This document shows positions 8,876 through 17,870 of a stretch of 18,399 bases of DNA, in pieces. Source of the stretch: an uncultured Gammaproteobacteria bacterium (GTDB lineage Bacteria; Pseudomonadota; Gammaproteobacteria; UBA9214); NCBI GenBank assembly GCA_963773065.1, contig CAVYZN010000029.1, forward strand, positions 1 through 18,399. The letters are read 5' to 3'. The notes under the pieces are model-generated. The model saw only the letters and a program-made list of their open reading frames with translations. It was not told the DNA's origin and did no database searches. Each line of letters starts with the position of its first letter. Position 1 is the first letter of the stretch. Position numbers and translations under genes: made by a program.

Positions 8876-10221
8876 TGAATCTTGCACATACCGTCTACAG
8901 CGATGAATTCCGGGGAACGGCGAACACCCTGCCGGGATCGCATGCACCCTGGGTCCGGGCGCTGCGCGCGGATGCCATGGAGATTTTTCTGGATAAGGGT
9001 TTCCCGGACATGCGCATGGAAGAATGGAAATATACCGATATACGCACCCTGACAAGGCATCACTTCACACCGAGTCCCCGATCAGCAGCGGATATCAATG
9101 AGTCATGGCTTAGGACCCGACTGCTCACTAATGAACCGGCTCACCGACTGGTGTTTGTCGATGGTCATTTTGCGCCTGAAATGTGTCCGTTCAACACCTT
9201 GTTGACCGGAGTTACGATAACCAGCCTGGCTTACGCACTGGACAACAGGCCTGAGGAACTCGAGGCCTGGCTGGGGCACAATACCGATCTGTATAAACCG
9301 GGCTTCAATGCCCTCAACACCGCCTTCATGAGCGACGGCGCCTATATCAACCTAGCACCTGATGTGGTGCTCGAACAACCGATTCATTTGTTGTTTATTG
9401 CCACCGGGAGACCGGACACGGTAGCGACACTGAGGAATATCATCGTTGCCGGTGCAAGAAGCAAGGCGCGGATCGTGGAATCCTATATTGCCCTGAATGA
9501 TGCCGCCTATCTGACCAACACGGTCACGGAAATCATCACCGGCGATAGCGCCGACATCGAACATTACAAACTGGAACAGGAAAGTGAATCCGCTTACCAC
9601 ATGGCGGGCATTTATGTAAAACAGGAACGTGACAGCCGTTACACCTCCCACAATATCGCACTCGGCGGTTGGCTGGTAAGAAATGATCTTCATGTAGCCC
9701 TTAATGACTCGGGTGCCGACTGTACGTTAAACGGCTTGTATATCACCCGGGGACGCCAGCATGTGGACAACCACACATGGATTGATCACAACAAGCCGCA
9801 GACAACCAGCAACCAATGGTACAAGGGGGTGCTGGACGGACGTTCCCGGGCAGTTTTCAACGGCCGCGTGGTGGTGCACAAGGACGCGCAAAAAACCACC
9901 GCGCAACAGAGCAACCACAACCTGCTGTTGTCCGGCAATGCCGAGGTGGATGCCAAACCGCAACTTGAGATCTATGCCGATGATGTTAAATGCGCGCACG
10001 GTTGCACCGTCGGGCAACTCGATGCCGAGGCGCTGTTCTATCTCCGTTCCCGTGCCGTGGATGCCGCGACAGCGCGGAGTATTCTTGTTTATGCCTTTGC
10101 AGCCGACGTGCTGGAGCGCATTCAATTGCGTCCTGTCCGCCAACTACTGGAGCAGGAACTCGCTGTCCGTCTGATGGATACAGAAACATTGAGACTGCAT
10201 CAGGAACTGGTGGTTCATTGA
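8872..10221 (+). CDS. sufD: Fe-S cluster assembly protein SufD
   Basis: EEWKYTD, HVDNHT, PQLEIYADDVKCAHGCTVG, LFYLRSR; ATGA overlap with sufC. Confidence 0.96.
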   Translation: MMNLAHTVYSDEFRGTANTLPGSHAPWVRALRADAMEIFLDKGFPDMRMEEWKYTDIRTLTRHHFTPSPRSAADINESWLRTRLLTNEPAHRLVFVDGHFAPEMCPFNTLLTGVTITSLAYALDNRPEELEAWLGHNTDLYKPGFNALNTAFMSDGAYINLAPDVVLEQPIHLLFIATGRPDTVATLRNIIVAGARSKARIVESYIALNDAAYLTNTVTEIITGDSADIEHYKLEQESESAYHMAGIYVKQERDSRYTSHNIALGGWLVRNDLHVALNDSGADCTLNGLYITRGRQHVDNHTWIDHNKPQTTSNQWYKGVLDGRSRAVFNGRVVVHKDAQKTTAQQSNHNLLLSGNAEVDAKPQLEIYADDVKCAHGCTVGQLDAEALFYLRSRAVDAATARSILVYAFAADVLERIQLRPVRQLLEQELAVRLMDTETLRLHQELVVH

Positions 10222-10245
10222 GTGAACACCCGGGAAGCCAGAACG

Positions 10246-10695
10246 ATGTCATACCTTCGCCAGCTCTATGAGGAAATGATCCTCGATCACAATCGCAATC
10301 CGCGCAACTATCTCAAGGTGCCGGAGGCTGCCAACCGTCATGCGCGTGGTTTTAACCCGATCTGTAATGACGAGTTTACCGTCCATCTAAGGGTGAAAGA
10401 CGGTATTGTAGAAGATGTCGGCTTTGAGGGTTCCGGTTGTGCCATTTCTACCGCCTCGGCATCGATGATGACGGAAAGTATCAAGGGGAAAACGGAAGCG
10501 GAGGTGCGCGCCCTTTTCCATGGTGTACATAACCTGCTGACCGAAGAAGGTCCGGCCGAGGGCGTGGGCAAGCTGGAGGTACTGGCCGGCGTACACGAAT
10601 TCCCGATGCGCATCAAGTGCGCCACCCTGCCCTGGCATACCCTGCATGCGGCGCTCGATGAAAACCGTCAAATCGTTTGTACCGAGGCCCGATGA
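10246..10695 (+). CDS. sufU: SufU (SUF-system NifU-family) sulfur-transfer protein (alternative GTG start 10222)
   Basis: LYEEMILDH, NPICND, GSGCAIS, RIKCATL; has the SufU-type insertion before the third Cys and lacks the IscU LPPVK motif. Confidence 0.9.
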   Translation: MSYLRQLYEEMILDHNRNPRNYLKVPEAANRHARGFNPICNDEFTVHLRVKDGIVEDVGFEGSGCAISTASASMMTESIKGKTEAEVRALFHGVHNLLTEEGPAEGVGKLEVLAGVHEFPMRIKCATLPWHTLHAALDENRQIVCTEAR

Positions 10696-11027
10696 ACCGC
10701 ACAGACAAAAGTCTCATGCACAACATCCTGGAGGAACAGGTCATCCATGCCCTGCGGGAGATTTATGATCCGGAGCTACCGGTCAATATCTATGACCTCG
10801 GCCTGATTTACGATATCGAGATCGATGCGGCGTCAGGTACGGTAGACATCAAAATGACACTGACGGCGCCCGGCTGCCCGGTCGCCCAGACCTTCCCGGC
10901 CACGGTGGAGTGCGCGCTGTGCAAGGTACCCGGCATCAGGGAGGCAAGAGTCGCGTTGGTATGGGATCCACCCTGGAGCAGGGAGCGCATGTCCGAGGAA
11001 GCGCGCCTGCTGCTGGACATGTATTGA
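10692..11027 (+). CDS. sufT: SufT / DUF59 (MIP18/PaaD-like) Fe-S assembly factor
   Basis: DPELPVNIYDLGLIY, MTLTAPGCP and WDPPWS motifs; ATGA overlap with sufU. Confidence 0.88.
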   Translation: MNRTDKSLMHNILEEQVIHALREIYDPELPVNIYDLGLIYDIEIDAASGTVDIKMTLTAPGCPVAQTFPATVECALCKVPGIREARVALVWDPPWSRERMSEEARLLLDMY

Positions 11028-11043
11028 AGCGTCCGGGGGATCC

Positions 11044-11364
11044 ATGGCCGACTGGGTTGATGTGGCCGCCGTCGATGAGATTGAACCAGGCGTCGTGACC
11101 GTGGTCGATGTCGGCGGCGCCGAGGTCGCGGTGTTCAACATCGACGGTGAGTTCTACGCGCTGGCGGATGTCTGCACCCATGATGGCGGCACCCTGGCCG
11201 ACGGCACCGTGGAAGACCACGAGATCGAATGCCCGCGCCATGGCGCCCGCTTCGATATCCGCACCGGCAAGGTCATGGCACCGCCCGCCTACGAAGATGT
11301 CACCACCTACCCGGTACGGGTATTCAACGGCATGGTGCAGGTCAGGGACGACTCCGAGGACTGA
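11044..11364 (+). CDS. Rieske-type [2Fe-2S] ferredoxin (dioxygenase ferredoxin-like)
   Basis: CTH...CPRH Rieske ligands, GARFDIRTG; RBS GGGGGA. Confidence 0.93.
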   Translation: MADWVDVAAVDEIEPGVVTVVDVGGAEVAVFNIDGEFYALADVCTHDGGTLADGTVEDHEIECPRHGARFDIRTGKVMAPPAYEDVTTYPVRVFNGMVQVRDDSED

Positions 11365-11515
11365 GCCCATCGGCCAACAGTTATCAAGCAGCCATGGCAG
11401 AGCGTTACCTTCCACTCGCACACAATGACTCCACCGCCGCTCAAGCCGTCGGGACGCCCCTAACCTGTTTGTCCTTGCTCAGGGAGGTCCGGCCCTAAAC
11501 CCGGTGGACTGTTCC

Positions 11516-12016
11516 CTACCGCTCCAGCAATTTCTCCAGCATGATGTCGATCTTTGCCATGCGTGCATCCAGCCGGTCCAGACGCCCGATCAGCTCGCGG
11601 TATTGTTGCTGAGTCACACCGGCCTGGCCCCTGCAGCCGCCCATCATGCCGCCTTTACCCATGTCGCCGCCCGGGCCGCCATGCATCATGCCCATCTTAC
11701 CGCCTTTACCCATGTGGCAGCCCTCCTTGCCTGCCCCCTGCATGCCGGGCTCCATCGCCATGCCCTGGCTTTTATCGCCAGCGCCCGGGGCGCCCATCAT
11801 CATCCCGGGTCCGCCCATCATCCCGGGTTCACCCATTTTCATTTCGCCCGCCGGACCGGCCGTCTCCTGCGACTGTCCGGTCTCCGCCGCCGCGGCCGGC
11901 ACCCCCGCTTCGGTCTCGCTCTGCGCTGGCTGACCCGCCGTTTCCTCGGCCAGCACCAGCGGACATGAGAACAGCAGGCTGATCAGGGCAACTGGTATTA
12001 ATCTCTTCATGAACAT
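11516..12016 (-). CDS. Secreted Gly/Met-rich low-complexity protein with C-terminal helical (coiled-coil-like) segment
   Basis: RBS GAGGAG 8 nt before ATG, signal peptide (VLA|EE), GMMGG/MGKGG repeats, two mature Cys, heptad-like C-terminus. Confidence 0.8.
   Translation of the reverse strand: MFMKRLIPVALISLLFSCPLVLAEETAGQPAQSETEAGVPAAAAETGQSQETAGPAGEMKMGEPGMMGGPGMMMGAPGAGDKSQGMAMEPGMQGAGKEGCHMGKGGKMGMMHGGPGGDMGKGGMMGGCRGQAGVTQQQYRELIGRLDRLDARMAKIDIMLEKLLER
11649..11715. repeat. 16-bp intragenic direct repeat encoding MGKGG
   Basis: CCGCCTTTACCCATGT occurs at 11649-11664 and 11700-11715, 51 nt apart and in frame. Confidence 0.8.
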
Positions 12017-12442
12017 TTGGATATCTCCTCGCTCTCTGGTTTCCCGATTGGAAAATGTGGTTGCGTATCCCGGGGCTAGTTCCGATACAGTGACCTCCCG
12101 TCTTCGAAGGTACCCGGCTTACCGGACGTTGCAATCCGGCTTCCCTTTCCGATGCAACGCTCCGGTATTTCCTTGGACTGCCGCTTTGCCCGCGAGTTTC
12201 AACCCGGCTGCGATTCCCTGGCAGTCGCCAGGACCCGACCGCCGGCAACTGGAATCATTGATTTCATAGCATATCGCGACGGGTATAGGATAGCGAAATT
12301 CCATGCAGCAACAAGTGAACACTCCACCATCGACCAGGTGAATCGGCGTCCCGCATCGTTCCCGCCTTTCTTCGGTGGATCATCGTATTGCCGCGGCAGT
12401 ACAATTCTCCCTTTCGTCAACCGCAGGCTTTATATCCCCGCC

Positions 12443-15267
12443 ATGGCAACCCGCAAAAAGAAACGCCCGAAACCAGATAACAGCACCCAACACAAACCCA
12501 GCTTTCAGGGCTGGCTCACCAGCGATGAAGACGAGATCGAGCGCCGCCGCCTGCGCGGGCGGAATGAGGCCATCCGTATCGAAGCCCTGGAGCCGGACCA
12601 GGAATTCTTCGGCACCTTCCTCGCGCGTTCCGACAACCGCAAATCCTACCAAGTGGAAATCCGTTCCCTCGCTGAACACAGCAATTCCTGTGATTGCCCC
12701 GACCACCGCATCAATGGCCTGGGCACCTGCAAACACATCGAGGCGACCCTCGGCCGGCTCGAAAAAGGGCGCAAGCGCCGCTTCCGGGAAGCCGCAACTC
12801 AGGGCAGCCCGCGCATCGAGATCTACCTGGACCGGCGCGACGGCAAGATCAGGATACACTGGCCCCGGGGCAGCCGGTCCAATTCCCGCGCGCGCGATCT
12901 GTTTTCCCCTTTCGTTTCCGAAGACGGTGTGTTGCTCGCCGCTCCCCTCGATGCCCTTCCGGCGATCACACGCACTCTCGCCAAGGCGCCCGCTCAGGTA
13001 AAGGCGCAAATACGCCAGTCACGGCTGCTGGATGACTGGCTGGAAGACCTGGGCCGGCGCGCCGTACAGCAACATGCCCGGCAGACCTTCGAAAGCGACG
13101 TGGCGAATGGCAAGCGCAGCCTTGATATGGTCAATGTGCCGCTCTACCCCTACCAGCAAGAGGGCATGCTGCACTTGGCCTTCAGCGGGCGTGCCCTGCT
13201 GGCCGACGAGATGGGTCTGGGCAAGACGGTGCAAGCCATTGCCGCCTGCGAACTGCTGCGCCGCCTGCACGATATCCGGCGGGTGCTGGTGGTGGCGCCC
13301 GCCTCGCTCAAGGCCGAATGGGAGGAGCAAATCGCCAAGTTCACCGGTCTGCCCGCGCTGATCATCCAGGGCACGCGTGCCGCCCGCCTGCGGCAATACC
13401 GCGAACCGGCCTTCTTTTACCTCGTCAACTACGAGCAGATCGGCCCCGACGGCCGCGAGATCAACGAGATCCTGGCGCCGGATGTGGTCATCCTGGACGA
13501 GGCGCAGCGCATCAAGAACTGGAAGACGAGGACCGCCGGCGCGGTGAAACGGCTCGCCAGCCGCTACGCCTTCGTGCTCACCGGTACACCCATCGAGAAC
13601 CGCATCGACGAGATCTACTCCATCGTCGAATTCCTGGACCCGCAGCTCTTCGGCCCCCTGTTCCGTTTCAACCGCGACTTTTACCAGTTGGATGAACGCG
13701 GTCGCCCCATAGGCTACAAGAACCTGGATGAATTGCACCGCCGCCTGCGTCCCGTGATGTTGCGCCGGCGCAAGGAAGAGGTGGAAGGCGAACTGCCCGG
13801 ACTTACGGTCAACACCTACTTCGTCGGCATGGCGCAGGAACAGGCCGACCGCTACGACGAATATAAGGCCCGGGTGGCGCGCCTGACCGCTATGGCAAAA
13901 AGACGCCCCTTGACCAAGGAAGAAATGGACAAGCTGCAGCGCTGGCTGGCGTGCATGCGCATGCTCTGCGACACCCCCTATATCCTGGACCGCAATTGCC
14001 GCCTCTCCCCCAAGCTCAAGGAGCTGGAAAACATCCTCGAGGAACTGCTGGAGGACGGCGATCACAAGATCATCATCTTTTCCGAATGGGAACGCATGCT
14101 GGAACTGGTGCGGGAAAAAACCGCCAGCCTGGGCATCGGACACGCCTGGCACACCGGCAGTGTTCCACAACCCAAACGCCGTGCCGAGATCCGCCGCTTC
14201 AAGGACGATCCGCGCTGCCGTCTGTTCCTGTCCACCGATTCCGGCAGTGTCGGGCTCAACTGCAAGCGGCCGACGTGGTGATCAATCTCGATCTGCCCTG
14301 GAACCCGGCCAAACTGGAGCAGCGCATCGCCCGCGCCTGGCGCAAGCACCAGAAGCGGCCGGTGCAGGTCATCAACCTGGTGTGCGAGCACTCCATAGAA
14401 CAGCGCATGCTGCACCTGCTGGACCAGAAACGCACCCTGGCGCAAGGCATCGTGGACGGCAAAGGCGCGCTCCGGGAGATGGCCATACCGTCAGGACGCG
14501 CCGCCTTCCTGGAGCAGCTTGGGAACCTCTTGGGGCAGACTCCGGCGGCCGCGACGCCGGCGGCGAAACAAGCAGCGGCCGACCCCGTGCAACACCTGCG
14601 GGAAGATCTCCTGGCCCGCTGGAGCGAACGCCTCGAGCTGCTGGAGGTGCATGGCGAGGGCGCCGCACGCACCCTGCTGGTCGTGGCCGACCGCCTGGAC
14701 GATACCCTGAATGCCTCCCTGAGAGAGGCCGTGGTGGAACACTTCCCGGCCCCCACGCCGCGTATGGAACTCCTCGATCGTGCCACGTTCGAAACGCTCC
14801 AGCGCCTGATCGAGGCCGGCATATTGAGCGCCGGCCCGAATGCGGTACACAGCCTGCACCGGTCCCCCGCCCTGGCGTCACAACGGGCCGGCAGGGACGA
14901 ACGGCGACTGCTGGATGCGCGCAAGCTCTTCGCGCAGGCCGAACGCAAGCAACGAATGGCTAGGGTACTGGCCGACGGCGGTTTCACCGTCGAGGCCATT
15001 TCTCCCCTGAAAGAGGGCGTGGAAACCGCTTTGCAGTCCCTCGTTCACCTGCTGGGTGAAGCTCACGGCGAGCCCATCCCCCTCGGCCTCATCGAATCAC
15101 GCCTGGTGAACGAGAACCTGCTGCCGGCGGAAACGGTCTCACTGGTAACCCGGCTGCGCGCGAATGGCAGCACCGGCAGCGACGTAGAGACTCCGAACCT
15201 GCTGAGGCAGGGTGCCGCCCTGTTCAAGCATGCCGCCGAGGTCCTGGACCGGGCGGCGCTCGAATAA
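12443..15267 (+). CDS. SWIM zinc-finger + SNF2-family helicase/ATPase (~941 aa if repaired), split by a 1-nt deletion near 14260
   Basis: SWIM CDC...CKH, LADEMGLGKT, DEAQ, LTGTPIEN and IIIFSEW. Motif V (GLN|LQAADVVINLDLPWNP...EQRIARAWR) continues in the second ORF: CTC AAC TG CAA lacks one C of AAC CTG. Confidence 0.88.
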
Positions 15268-15595
15268 TCTCGATATGTGCGACGTGATGACGGCATGGAC
15301 ACGCCGGCGGAAGCGGATGGGAGCAGGGATTGAACTCGCCGCTCACTCGTGGATTCGACAGGTAATACCAGCAGGTGAGGTGATGGGTTATCAGTGCAAA
15401 GGCGCTACGTTCTGGATACTTGCCTGAGACCTGACTCAGGGCATCCACGTGTTGCGGCTATTTCTGTTCGATTCATGCCATCCCTATCACGACTTCCCTG
15501 CTCTTTCATACGCCGACCTACTCAAGGTGACACTCTCCGTAGATTTTTTTCTCTGTTGCTTGTAACCGCTGGACGACATGCAATCCCCTGCTTTT

Positions 15596-15718
15596 TCAGC
15601 TAGCGCTGTTGGAGGCCGTCTGCACCTCGTAGCCAGCCGAATGAAGGCGCAGGGACAGCAGCCGAAGCAAATCGGGATCATCGTCCACGAGGAGAACCCT
15701 GCAACGGCGGCTGCTCAT
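15596..15718 (-). pseudogene. glrR: N-terminal 40-codon remnant of a GlrR (QseF/YfhA)-like sigma54 response regulator
   Basis: Hand translation MSSRRCRVLLVDDDPDLLRLLSLRLHSAGYEVQTASNSAS* is a receiver-domain start closely resembling GlrR (LLVDDDP.LL.LL.LRL...GY.V.TA). It stops before the phospho-acceptor Asp. Confidence 0.7.
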
Positions 15719-15789
15719 AGGACATGCCAGGGTCTGCTTAACTGAGATATAGTCTGCTCGGGGTTGTTCCGGCTACCCCGCAGAAAATC

Positions 15790-16155
15790 CTCCTCCCTGA
15801 CTATCAAGTGTGAACCGTATGACATTGCCGAACAGGTTTTCATGAACCTTTCACCCTGCCCCTATCGATCCGCACGTGAACATCCGCCGAGGAGTCTTGG
15901 CGTATACCTTCGGCGATTAAACCGCACTCGGAGAATATAACGACTTGTGGAAATGAGCTGTTGACGGCATGTTTCCACTGGCGTACTGATTTGGTAATAG
16001 CCTAGCAGATCCTCGAGATTCTGCCGCAAATCGCCAGCATTGTTACTCAGGAACTCGACGATCTCTACCTGCTGTGCGGGTAAAGCTTACCCCTGGTCAC
16101 CATTCCCCGTCCCTATTCACAGAAGTCTACGGCTTCCGCAACCCAAGGGAGACCT
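15790..16155 (-). pseudogene. Decayed sensor histidine kinase (GlrK/QseE-like); boundaries approximate
   Basis: Frameshifted fragments GKL/PAQQVEIVEFLSNNAGDLRQNLEDLLGY (HisKA second helix) and DVHVRIDRGRV/ENLFGNVIRFT (HATPase N-box), directly upstream of the glrR remnant. Confidence 0.6.
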
Positions 16156-16309
16156 GTCCAAGGTCCGGACACACCCTGGCGTCACTGCCGTGCGGAGAGT
16201 CTGTCGAACAGTTTCCAGGCAGAGATATAGCGACATCATCTACGGGAGCGCACCTCATAACTGTAGCTGTATACGGCCCTTCATTTATGCCGTATATGCC
16301 GTGTACACA

Positions 16310-16917
16310 CTAGCCGCCGTTCTGGTGGTTGCGCTGTGCGAGCCGATCGGTAAGCGTGTCGATGCCGCCTTGCTGGATCTCGGCGGCAAAGTTGCTCCGG
16401 TTGCTCGTCACCAGACTGACGCCATCGATTGTTATATCGTAGACTTTCCAATCGCCATCCTTGAGATGCATGCGGTAGTCGATGGGTATCGGTAGCCCGT
16501 TTTGCTGTTGCACCTCGGTATTCACCACCACCTCATCGGCAGCGGCGGGCGCGTGCAAGGGCTTGTAATCAATCTTCTGATCCTTGTATTTCGCCAGCGA
16601 CACGGCATAGAAGTGCACCAGATGCGTGCGGAACTCCTCAATGAAGCGTTGCTGTTGTTGCGGATTCGCGGCACGCCAGTAATGGCCCAGCACCAACCTC
16701 GCCGTGGCATCGAAGTCGAAATGCGGCGCCACGATCTGATTCAACAGATTGTAAATGGAGTTGGGATCACGCTGCGCCACGTCCGGTTCTTTCTTGAGAG
16801 CTTGGATACCTGGTTCGAGACGTCGACCACCAACTGTTGCGCGGAGTCAGCCGCGCCACCGGCCACACCGGTAACGAACAGCGCCGTCGCCAACAATAAC
16901 GCCAGTCGTTTCATCAT
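16310..16917 (-). CDS. mlaC: MlaC/Ttg2D-family periplasmic phospholipid-binding protein, frameshifted near 16806
   Basis: GGAG RBS and signal peptide MMKRLALLLATALF start at 16917. Adding one base at CAG GTA TC CAA joins this to PHFDF..ARLVLG.YW, IDYRM and WKVYDITIDGVSLV. Confidence 0.85.
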
Positions 16918-17046
16918 TTGATACGCTCCATCACCCGTTTGCGGGGTCGGTAAAAAAATTCACCCCGTTGCCGGCAGCCTGGCCGGCAGCGGTACTCGGC
17001 GTCTCATAGACCGCACGGCACGTGGGCGATCACAGCCCACGCCAAC

Positions 17047-17349
17047 TTACATCGGGCCTCCGGACCCTCCGCTCGGCGACGCTTTGCTCGGTTCCTCTCC
17101 GGACTTCTCGGGATTCCCTCGCAGGCTCTCGAAAGCGCTGAACTCGGTGCGACTAATTGCTCCGTCCTTATCCGTATCGACGGTGCTCCACATCTTGGTC
17201 ACCTCGATGTCTTTGCCTGCCTCGACGGCGCTCACCTTTCCGTCTTTGTTCGCATCGAGTTGCTGAAAGGTGGCACTCGTGGCCAGTCCACTGCCGCCGG
17301 CCGCGGTGATAAATATCAGCGTCGCGAGCACATTATACCTTGTATTCAT
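17047..17349 (-). CDS. Secreted two-EF-hand calcium-binding protein
   Basis: RBS AAGGAGG, signal peptide, EF loops DANKDGKVSAVE and DTDKDGAISRTE. Confidence 0.88.
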   Translation of the reverse strand: MNTRYNVLATLIFITAAGGSGLATSATFQQLDANKDGKVSAVEAGKDIEVTKMWSTVDTDKDGAISRTEFSAFESLRGNPEKSGEEPSKASPSGGSGGPM

Positions 17350-17364
17350 ATATAGCCCTCCTTG

Positions 17365-17463
17365 TTAACTGCCGAACTTCTCAATCAGAGAAATGGCCGG
17401 CGGTATCAAAGCCGTAGCCAGGATTAACACCCCATATAAGAAAGCACGAAATGTTTCAATCAT
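17365..17463 (-). CDS. 32-aa single-TM microprotein, copy 2 (MIETFRAFLYGVLILATALIPPAISLIEKFGS)
   Basis: Hand-translated. GGGGG RBS-like run upstream; its stop is immediately followed by the EF-hand gene RBS; paralog of 3010-3108. Confidence 0.78.
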   Translation of the reverse strand: MIETFRAFLYGVLILATALIPPAISLIEKFGS

Positions 17464-17659
17464 CGCAGCCCCCAATAAGGTCACTCGCTAGATAAAAGAA
17501 ACCCCTCTGTGAAGTATGGCATCCGCTATCGCATTACTCGCTGGAACCATTGACACAAGTTCTTCCGAGCAGATAGATGCCAACTTTCGGCAAGCCGCAT
17601 ATTTTCAAAGAGATACACAGCATAACCCGCTCCAGCAGGAGTTGTTTGGAGAGCGATCC

Positions 17660-17742
17660 TGTCGTGCCACGGCGACGCTCAAACAGACTCCAGGGTTAGG
17701 TGATTGAAAGGATAGGAGTTTGGCTGTCTTTCTGCGGCGTCA
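17660..17742. promoter_or_regulatory. Two GlrR-like activator binding sites
   Basis: TGTC-N10-GACG (17660-17677) and TGTC-N10-GTCA (17725-17742), each one mismatch from the GlrR site TGTC-N10-GACA known from the E. coli glmY promoter. Confidence 0.4.
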
Positions 17743-17744
17743 GG

Positions 17745-17791
17745 CGACTGCAGGGATGCAGGAGGTAGGACAATGCAGGAGCAATTGCCGA
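17745..17791 (+). repeat. GGA-rich short element with two GGA-loop hairpins
   Basis: CTGCA-GGGA-TGCAG and TGC-AGGA-GCA hairpins; four GGA motifs within about 30 nt. Confidence 0.45.
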
Positions 17792-17870
17792 TTATGCGGA
17801 AACGAGCTGACGCTCGAGGCCGGTTCCTCACACGGTCCTTTTACCCATGTATGACCAGGGGGATTTCTCC

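Noticed and set aside
12120-12152. AAAGGGAAGCCGG...TCCGG on the minus strand, resembling a cobalamin riboswitch
   Set aside because: The downstream CCCGCnACTGT and B12-box elements are missing.
12152-12442. ORF-track N-terminal extension of the SNF2 gene
   Set aside because: Lower GC and non-protein-like; coding-style sequence starts at ATG 12443.
15315-15345. GTTCAATCCC on the minus strand, resembling a tRNA T-arm or att remnant
   Set aside because: No proper T-stem pairing, no CCA end, and no integrase or second copy in the window.
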